Shown: positions 7,107 to 12,692 of the stretch, in pieces
How the letters are laid out: each line of letters opens with the position of its first letter
How positions within the stretch are numbered: position 1 is the first letter of the stretch
NCBI GenBank assembly: GCA_040905425.1
Contig: JBBDRO010000040.1
Location: forward strand, 17,260 to 29,951
Origin: Gemmatimonadota bacterium
GTDB taxonomy: Bacteria > Gemmatimonadota > Gemmatimonadetes > Longimicrobiales > RSA9
DNA length: 12,692 bases
Direction of reading: 5' to 3'
Notes under the pieces: model-generated
The model's input: the letters and a program-made list of their open reading frames with translations, nothing else
What the model was told of the DNA's origin: nothing
Database searches by the model: none
Program-made: the position numbers and the translations under genes

Positions 7107-7997
7107 ATGCACGCGCCCATCAGGATCCCGCTTCTGGTAGCCCTCGTGCTGGGGGCCGTCGGATGCGACTTCACGCGCGCTCCCACGGCGCTCGAGGTGG
7201 ACGGGCCCACCCTCGGCGTGCACGCCGTGATGGAGGCCGGCGCGCCGGCTGTGGACGTCCTCGTGACGTGGACGCGGGTGGTGGCCGGCGCCGACGCCCC
7301 GGTCACCGAGCCGGCGCTCGGGGCCAGCGTGCGGCTGATCCGCGGCACGGACACGCTGGCGGCCGGAGCGCTACCCTCCGGCGCGTCCTCCTGTGCATTG
7401 CCGCCGTTCGGTGACGACGGCCAGGAGCTGCGCGCCGGTTGCTACCGCGTGAACCTGCCGGGCGGGGTGCTGCCCCAGGAGCGCTACGGGCTGCTCGTGG
7501 ACGTGGCGGGCCGCGCCGTGACCGGCGCCGCCACCGTGCCGGCCTCGCCCGTCGTGGACGCTCCCTTCGCGGGCGACACCCTTTGGGTCGGGGCCACCGG
7601 CCCGGACCCCTCCACCTCGGACGCCGTCACCGTGGCGTGGGCTCCCGCTGGTGGGCGTTACATGGAACTCTCGTTCGGGTCTGCCACCAGCGCCTGCGAA
7701 GTCTACATACAGAAGCCCGGTGAGGACGTGGGTCAGGCCTGGCTGGAGGTGCAGGACGCCGTCACGGCCACGGTAGCGCCCTACGCTCTCGCATGCGGCC
7801 AGGACGCACCCGACGTGGTTCCGGCGTACCTGTACGTGGCCGCATTCGACACGGCTTATGCCCGCTACGCACGGGACCGCGCCCGTGGCGGCAACTCCGT
7901 GCCCGCCGAACGCGCGTCCCCGGGTCTGGTCGGAGCGGTGGGCGTCTTCGGCGGGGCCGCGACCGTGGGCGTGCCGCTGTTCCTGCGCGCCCGGTAG
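7107..7997 (+). CDS. Lipoprotein partner of the TBDR, DUF4249-like
   Basis: ATG at 7107, 2 nt after the TBDR stop (the ORF-track start at 6600 is over-extended). Signal MHAPIRIPLLVALVLGAVG-C with lipobox; ERYGLLV..GRAVTGAATVP and C-terminal GAVGVFGG resemble DUF4249 proteins that follow TBDRs; 296 aa. Confidence 0.78.
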   Translation: MHAPIRIPLLVALVLGAVGCDFTRAPTALEVDGPTLGVHAVMEAGAPAVDVLVTWTRVVAGADAPVTEPALGASVRLIRGTDTLAAGALPSGASSCALPPFGDDGQELRAGCYRVNLPGGVLPQERYGLLVDVAGRAVTGAATVPASPVVDAPFAGDTLWVGATGPDPSTSDAVTVAWAPAGGRYMELSFGSATSACEVYIQKPGEDVGQAWLEVQDAVTATVAPYALACGQDAPDVVPAYLYVAAFDTAYARYARDRARGGNSVPAERASPGLVGAVGVFGGAATVGVPLFLRAR

Positions 7998-8007
7998 ACG
8001 GCTGCGC

Positions 8008-8036
8008 TTGACACCATCCCGCGTGGCGCCTATCCC
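8008..8036 (+). promoter_or_regulatory. Candidate sigma70 promoter for pheA
   Basis: Perfect TTGACA(8008-8013)-N17-TATCCC(8031-8036); the -10 lacks the conserved last T. Confidence 0.5.
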
Positions 8037-8072
8037 CCATGCTCGACTCCTCGCGCGCATGGAGACTGCCAC

Positions 8073-8993
8073 ATGCTCATCACCAGGGGATCCGCCACCA
8101 CCGGCCCCCGCGACCGAGTGGCCTTCCAGGGACGGCCGGGGGCGTTCAGCGAGGAGGCCGTCCTGGCCTGGTTCACGGGCGGCTGCGAGCCCGTGCCGGA
8201 GCCGGACTTTCCGGCCGTGGCGCTGGCGGTCGAGGCCGGCAACGTGGATTGGGGTGTCCTGCCCGTGGAGAACACCATCGCCGGGTGCGTCACGGGCACC
8301 GTGGACGTCCTGGCCACCGTCCCGCTGAGCGTGGTGGGGGAGGTGATGGTGCCGATCCGCCACTGCGTGCTCGGGCTGCCCGGCACCCGGCTCGAGGACC
8401 TCACCCGCGTGTCCTCGCACCCGGTGGCCCTTGCCCAGTGCACGGCGTTCCTGAGGAGCCGCCCCCGGCTGGAGGCGGTGGCGGTGCAGGATACCGCGGG
8501 CGCCGCCGAGGCCGTGGCGGCGGCGGGGGAGCCCACGCACGGTGCCATCGCAAGCCGGGGGGCGGGGGAGCGCTACGGGCTGGACGTGCTGGTGGAGGAT
8601 GTCCAGGACCGGCCGGACAACCAGACGCGCTTCCTGGTGGTGCGCGCCGCCAGGCCCGCGCACGATGCGCACAGCACGACAGACGGCAACGAGGCGCCCG
8701 CCGCCGACCCTCCGCAGCCGGGTCCCGTCAAGCTGGTGCTGCTCGTGGAAACCCCCAACGCCCCCGGCGCCCTCCTGAACGTGCTGCGGCCCCTGGCCGA
8801 GCAGGGCTTCAACCTCTCCAACCTGGTAGCGCGCCCGGTCGGCGAGCCGTGGACCTACCGCTTCTTCCTGGAGTTCGAAGCGCCGGCCCGCGACGCGGCG
8901 CTGGAAGCCGCCCTGGCCGAGGTGGGCAGGGGCGCCCGCACCATGCGGGTGCTGGGCAGCTTCTCCGCAGTGCCCGGCGGCGGCGCGCTGTGA
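8073..8993 (+). CDS. pheA: Prephenate dehydratase (monofunctional, PDT plus ACT domain)
   Basis: VAFQG.PGAFSEEA, GVLPVENTIAG, SHPVALAQC, DTAGAA, NQTRFLVV (catalytic TRF) and ACT-domain PGALLNVL...NLS...RP...YRFFLEF; no chorismate mutase domain; GGAG SD upstream. Confidence 0.93.
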   Translation: MLITRGSATTGPRDRVAFQGRPGAFSEEAVLAWFTGGCEPVPEPDFPAVALAVEAGNVDWGVLPVENTIAGCVTGTVDVLATVPLSVVGEVMVPIRHCVLGLPGTRLEDLTRVSSHPVALAQCTAFLRSRPRLEAVAVQDTAGAAEAVAAAGEPTHGAIASRGAGERYGLDVLVEDVQDRPDNQTRFLVVRAARPAHDAHSTTDGNEAPAADPPQPGPVKLVLLVETPNAPGALLNVLRPLAEQGFNLSNLVARPVGEPWTYRFFLEFEAPARDAALEAALAEVGRGARTMRVLGSFSAVPGGGAL

Positions 8994-9097
8994 CGCGCGC
9001 CGCGCGCCGTTCGTCTCCCTCCTGAAGGCGGCGCACGGACGGACCTCTCCTCTCGTTCCCTCGCAGGCGCCGGTACCCGACAGCGCAGGAGGGAATC

Positions 9098-9739
9098 ATG
9101 CAGCAACGCAATTCCGCAGGTGTAGTCCTCATCGCCGCCCTGGCGTTCGCGGCGTGCGTGGACGGGCCGCTGGAGCCCGGTACGGACACGGGGGAGGTGG
9201 CCGCGGCCGGGTCGCTTGAAGCCACCAGCGCGGCCGTTACGTTCGCGGGCAGCCTTTCGGCTGCCGCGGTGTCCGACCGGAGCTACCTGCCCACCCTGGA
9301 CCATGCCTCGAGCGTGGCGCTTCGTGCCGTGGCGGAGGCCGAGGGCCAGGCCGCGGCCTCCGCCATCCAGGGCCGCTATCGGGACCTGCTCGCGCAGGCT
9401 GAGGACGCCGCGGCCGCGGGCCGCTACGAGCTGGCGCGGCAGCTCCAGCAGGCGGCCCGGCAGCTGCGGCTCGAGACCGTCATCCATGCATTCGGCGGGC
9501 GCGTGGCCTTGCGCCTGCACGCCGTGGTGGGTGAGCGCCTGCGGGCGCTGGAGGAACGGACGGCGGCCGCCGCCGAGGCCGGCCAGGATGTGGCGCGCGT
9601 GCAGGCCCTCCTGCGCGCGGCCACCCGGCTCCACAGGGAGGCGGCGGAGGCGCTCCGCGAGGGCCACGCGGTGGGCGCGCTGGACGCCGATTTCCACGCC
9701 GTCGACCGGCTCAACGAGGCGGCCACGGCGCTCGGCTGA
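9098..9739 (+). CDS. Hypothetical alanine-rich helical lipoprotein
   Basis: Strong SD AGGAGG; signal MQQRNSAGVVLIAALAFAA-C with lipobox; GC-ending codon bias; no family recognised. Confidence 0.75.
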   Translation: MQQRNSAGVVLIAALAFAACVDGPLEPGTDTGEVAAAGSLEATSAAVTFAGSLSAAAVSDRSYLPTLDHASSVALRAVAEAEGQAAASAIQGRYRDLLAQAEDAAAAGRYELARQLQQAARQLRLETVIHAFGGRVALRLHAVVGERLRALEERTAAAAEAGQDVARVQALLRAATRLHREAAEALREGHAVGALDADFHAVDRLNEAATALG

Positions 9740-9743
9740 GGGG

Positions 9744-9784
9744 TGCGGAGGGGCCGGCGCACAGCGCGCGTCGGCCCCCCCGCA
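9744..9784 (+). terminator. GC-rich hairpin after the lipoprotein gene (possible terminator or mRNA stabiliser)
   Basis: TGCGG.GGGGCCGGCGC pairs with GCGTCGGCCCC.CCGCA; no U tract. Confidence 0.4.
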
Positions 9785-9789
9785 ATCGC

Positions 9790-9818
9790 TTGCACCCGGC
9801 ACTCCCCGCAACTATACT
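9790..9818 (+). promoter_or_regulatory. Sigma70-type promoter upstream of citrate synthase
   Basis: TTGCAC(9790-9795)-N17-TATACT(9813-9818), near consensus in a very GC-rich background; predicted TSS about 9824-9825. Confidence 0.7.
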
Positions 9819-9823
9819 CGGCC

Positions 9824-9890
9824 ACGCTACGCCCGCGTGCGTGAGGGGGCTGGCGTCTCCATCGGGAGGTGGAGGGGCGGCCCCGTTTTC
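9824..9890 (+). ncRNA. Putative short structured RNA or attenuator leader
   Basis: Follows the promoter; hairpin 9823-9843, then a long hairpin 9846-9884 with a C(GGGA)G tetraloop followed by GTTTTC. No known family recognised. Confidence 0.35.
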
Positions 9891-9954
9891 GCATGAGTGT
9901 CCGCGGCGCGGCATCGAACCGCAATGAGATTGATATGTCCGGGAGTGAGGGGCC

Positions 9955-11085
9955 ATGGCCACGCGTGGATTAGAGGGAGTTGTAGCGGCGCAGACCAGCA
10001 TCAGCCGGGTGCTGGGGCAGGATGGTCGATTGATCTACCGCGGCTATGACATCGAGGACCTGGCCGAGCACGCTTCCTTCGAGGAAGTATGCCATCTGCT
10101 GTGGTACGGCGATCTGCCGGACCAGGCGGCGCTGGACCGGTTGCATGGCCGGCTCATGGAAGGCGCGCAGCTGGGTTCGCCCGCGGTGGAAGTGGTGCGG
10201 CATGCGCCTGCCGGCACGCATCCCATGGCCATCCTGCGCAGCGCGGTGTCCGCGCTGGCCTTCACCGATTCCGACGTCGAGGACAACTCGGCCGAGGCCA
10301 ACGAGCGCAAGGCCATCCGCCTCACTGCCGAGACCGTGGCGCTCACCGCCGCCATCGAACGCGTCCGCCGGGGCAGGGACCCCGTGGACCCGGATCCCGC
10401 CCTGGGGCTGGGCGCCAATCTCCTGTACATGATGTCCGGCCGGGCGCCGGACGAGCTGCACGCGCGCATCATGGACGTGGCGCTCACGCTGCACGCCGAG
10501 CACGGCATGAACGCCTCCACCTTCGCGGCGCGCGTGACGGCGGGGACGATGGCGGACATGCACTCCGCGGTCACCTCGGCCATCGGCACCCTGAAGGGGC
10601 CGCTCCACGGCGGCGCCAACGAGCGGGTCATGCGCATGCTGCAGGAGGTGGCCGAGCCCGGCCGCGCCGCCGAGTGGGTGCGCGGCGCCCTCGAGCGGGG
10701 TGAGAAGGTCATGGGCTTCGGGCACCGCGTCTACCGCACGCTGGACCCGCGGGCACCGATCCTCCGTGAGTTGGCCAGCGAACTCGCCGGGCGCGGCGGG
10801 GACCAGCGCTGGCTGGAGGTCTCGGAAGGCATCCGGACGGCCATGGGTGAGGAGATGGAGAAGCGGCAGAAGCAGATCTATCCGAATGTGGACTTCTTCA
10901 GCGCTTCGGTCTATTTCACCATGGGCATTCCCATGGACCTGTTCACCAACCTGTTCGCCTGTGCACGCATGGCTGGCTGGACCGCCCACGTGATGGAGCA
11001 GCACGCGGACAACCGCCTGATCCGGCCGAAGGGCGAGTACGTCGGCCCCGAGGACCGCAAGGCCGTGCCCATTGGGCAGCGATGA
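9955..11085 (+). CDS. Citrate synthase / 2-methylcitrate synthase (short, dimeric type)
   Basis: GLEGVVA, GRLIYRGYDI, HPMAILR, LHAEHGMNASTF, LKGPLHGGANE, MGFGHRVY, DPRA, YPNVDF and NRLIRP motifs; 376 aa; substrate preference not resolvable by eye. Confidence 0.95.
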   Translation: MATRGLEGVVAAQTSISRVLGQDGRLIYRGYDIEDLAEHASFEEVCHLLWYGDLPDQAALDRLHGRLMEGAQLGSPAVEVVRHAPAGTHPMAILRSAVSALAFTDSDVEDNSAEANERKAIRLTAETVALTAAIERVRRGRDPVDPDPALGLGANLLYMMSGRAPDELHARIMDVALTLHAEHGMNASTFAARVTAGTMADMHSAVTSAIGTLKGPLHGGANERVMRMLQEVAEPGRAAEWVRGALERGEKVMGFGHRVYRTLDPRAPILRELASELAGRGGDQRWLEVSEGIRTAMGEEMEKRQKQIYPNVDFFSASVYFTMGIPMDLFTNLFACARMAGWTAHVMEQHADNRLIRPKGEYVGPEDRKAVPIGQR

Positions 11086-12623
11086 CTCCGGAGACCCCCA
11101 TGACCGACATTCGCGTAACCACCGTAGACCTCTCCTCGGAGGGAGTGGAGACACCCCTCCTGGTACTCCAGGTCTTCGAGCGGGACCGGACCGCCGACGG
11201 CTATCTGGGGGTGCTGGACGGCCTGTACGGCGGCGCGATCAACCGCGTTCTGGGCGGTGACTTCTCCGGGCGCAAGGACGAGACGCTCGTCCTCTATCCA
11301 GCGGAGGGCGTGGCTCCGGAGCGCCTGCTCCTGGTGGGCGTGGGCAAGCGGGAGGACTACACGGTCGAGCGTTTGCGCTTGGCGGTGGGAACGGCGGTGA
11401 ACGTGGCAAGCCGCATGGGGATCGGGGACGTGGCCATCTCCCTGGAGCACGTCAGCCGCCTGAGCGAGCGGATGGGGGAGTACCTGGCGGCGCTGGCGGC
11501 CGTGGAGGCAGCCCTCCTGGCGTCCTGGCACTTCCGGGAACTGAAGACGTCAAGCAGCGACGAACGGTCCACGCCCCTTGCCACCCTCACCCTCGTCGCG
11601 GGATCGGATGACGAGGCGCGGGAGCTACGCGGCGCGGCCGACTACGGCACCGTGCTGGGGCGCGCGGCCAACCTGGCGCGGGAGCTGGCCACCCGCCCCG
11701 GCAACTCCGCCACGCCCAGTTTCCTGGCCGACGTGGCCGGTCGCATTGCCGAGGCGCGCGGGATGAAGCTCACCGTGCTGGATCGGGCGGCCATGGAGAA
11801 GGAGGGCATGCACGCCCTGCTGGCCGTGGCCCGGGGCAGCCAGGAGGAGCCGCGCTTCATCGTGCTCGAGCACCAGGGCGGTACCGAAGGCGCGGCGCCG
11901 CTGGTCCTGGTGGGCAAGGGGGTGACGTTCGATTCGGGCGGTATCTCCATCAAGCCGGCGGCCAGCATGGAGGACATGAAGTATGACATGTCCGGTGCCG
12001 CCGCCGTCCTGGCCGCCATGGATGGCATCGGCGAGCTGGAACTGAGTGCCAACGTGGTGGGCATCGTGCCATGCACGGAGAACCTTCCCTCCGGGACCGC
12101 GCTCAAACCCGGTGACGTGATCGGCTCGCACCTGGGCAGCACCATCGAGGTCATTAACACGGACGCCGAGGGCCGCCTCATCCTGGCGGACGCGTTGTCC
12201 TACGCCCGCCGTTTCGAGCCGGCCGCCATCCTGGACGCCGCCACGCTCACGGGCGCGGTGGTCATCGGCCTCGGCCATCACGCTATCGGCCTCATGGGCA
12301 ACCACGGCGACCTGCTCAGCGAGGTACGCGCGGCGGGCCAACGCACGGGAGAGCGCTGCTGGCCGCTGCCGCTCTGGGACGAGTACCGGCCGCAGCTGGA
12401 CAGTGACGTGGCGGACATCAAGAACTCGGGCGGGCGTCCCGCCGGGAGCATCACGGCCGGCTGGTTCCTGAAGGCCTTCGTGGAGGACGCCACGCCCTGG
12501 GCCCACCTGGACATTGCGGGCACGGCGTACCGCGCGGAGGGCACCAGCTACCTGCCGAAGGGCGCCACCGGCGCGCCGACGCGCCTCTTCATCGAGTGGG
12601 TCCGCGCCCGCGCCGGAGGCTGA
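11082..12623 (+). CDS. pepA: Leucyl aminopeptidase (M17 family)
   Basis: VGKGVTFDSGGISIKP, MKYDMSGAA, NTDAEGRLILADAL, ATLTGA and WAHLDIAGTA motifs. The start is either 11082 (ATGA overlap) or 11100 (GGAG SD at 11090-11093). Confidence 0.96.
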   Translation: MTPETPMTDIRVTTVDLSSEGVETPLLVLQVFERDRTADGYLGVLDGLYGGAINRVLGGDFSGRKDETLVLYPAEGVAPERLLLVGVGKREDYTVERLRLAVGTAVNVASRMGIGDVAISLEHVSRLSERMGEYLAALAAVEAALLASWHFRELKTSSSDERSTPLATLTLVAGSDDEARELRGAADYGTVLGRAANLARELATRPGNSATPSFLADVAGRIAEARGMKLTVLDRAAMEKEGMHALLAVARGSQEEPRFIVLEHQGGTEGAAPLVLVGKGVTFDSGGISIKPAASMEDMKYDMSGAAAVLAAMDGIGELELSANVVGIVPCTENLPSGTALKPGDVIGSHLGSTIEVINTDAEGRLILADALSYARRFEPAAILDAATLTGAVVIGLGHHAIGLMGNHGDLLSEVRAAGQRTGERCWPLPLWDEYRPQLDSDVADIKNSGGRPAGSITAGWFLKAFVEDATPWAHLDIAGTAYRAEGTSYLPKGATGAPTRLFIEWVRARAGG

Positions 12624-12629
12624 GGAAGC

Positions 12630-12692
12630 GTGCTCCGTCACATCCTACGCTGCGTGGCGCTCGCGGCGCCGGCCCTCCTCGCGGGGGCCGGC
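12630..12692 (+). CDS. Partial CDS running off the window, probable secreted protein
   Basis: GTG 6 nt after the pepA stop, with GAGG upstream; reads MLRHILRCVALAAPALLAGAG, a signal-peptide-like sequence. Confidence 0.5.
   Translation, partial: MLRHILRCVALAAPALLAGAG

Noticed and set aside
8039..8072. Possible pheL-type attenuator leader peptide
   Set aside because: The ATG at 8039 opens a frame with no Phe-codon run, no early stop and no terminator before pheA.
9955..10100. Rare TTA/TTG codons at the citrate synthase 5' end as bldA-like control
   Set aside because: A/T enrichment near start codons is normal in GC-rich genomes, and the local tRNA reads UUG, not UUA.
7371..12641. Other long antisense or off-frame ORFs (7371-8672, 8039-9025, 8855-9811, 9970-11154, 11625-12641)
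   Set aside because: They overlap well-supported genes and have Arg/Gly/Pro/His-rich, motif-free compositions typical of shadow frames.
1..12692. CRISPR array, IS element, prophage or defence system
   Set aside because: No regularly spaced repeats, terminal inverted repeats, or transposase, integrase, nuclease or phage motifs were seen by eye.

Overview
A very GC-rich bacterial window with every supportable gene on the + strand. Gene style suggests a diderm such as Gemmatimonadota, but that is inference only. In order: (1) an nfeD-floA-yqfB-like membrane-microdomain operon (63-3197); (2) tRNA-Leu(CAA) with a terminator; (3) a translationally coupled four-gene cassette of ECF sigma factor, zinc-finger (ZAS) transmembrane anti-sigma, TonB-dependent receptor and DUF4249-like lipoprotein (3426-7997); (4) a monofunctional prephenate dehydratase whose ESRP allosteric motif reads VARP; (5) an unknown helical lipoprotein; (6) a sigma70-like promoter and a structured, terminator-like leader before citrate synthase; (7) an M17 leucyl aminopeptidase; (8) the start of a probable secreted protein. 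No integrase, transposase or CRISPR array was seen. The best novelty candidates are the ZAS-anti-sigma/TBDR cassette, the short structured RNA upstream of citrate synthase, and the possibly feedback-altered PheA.
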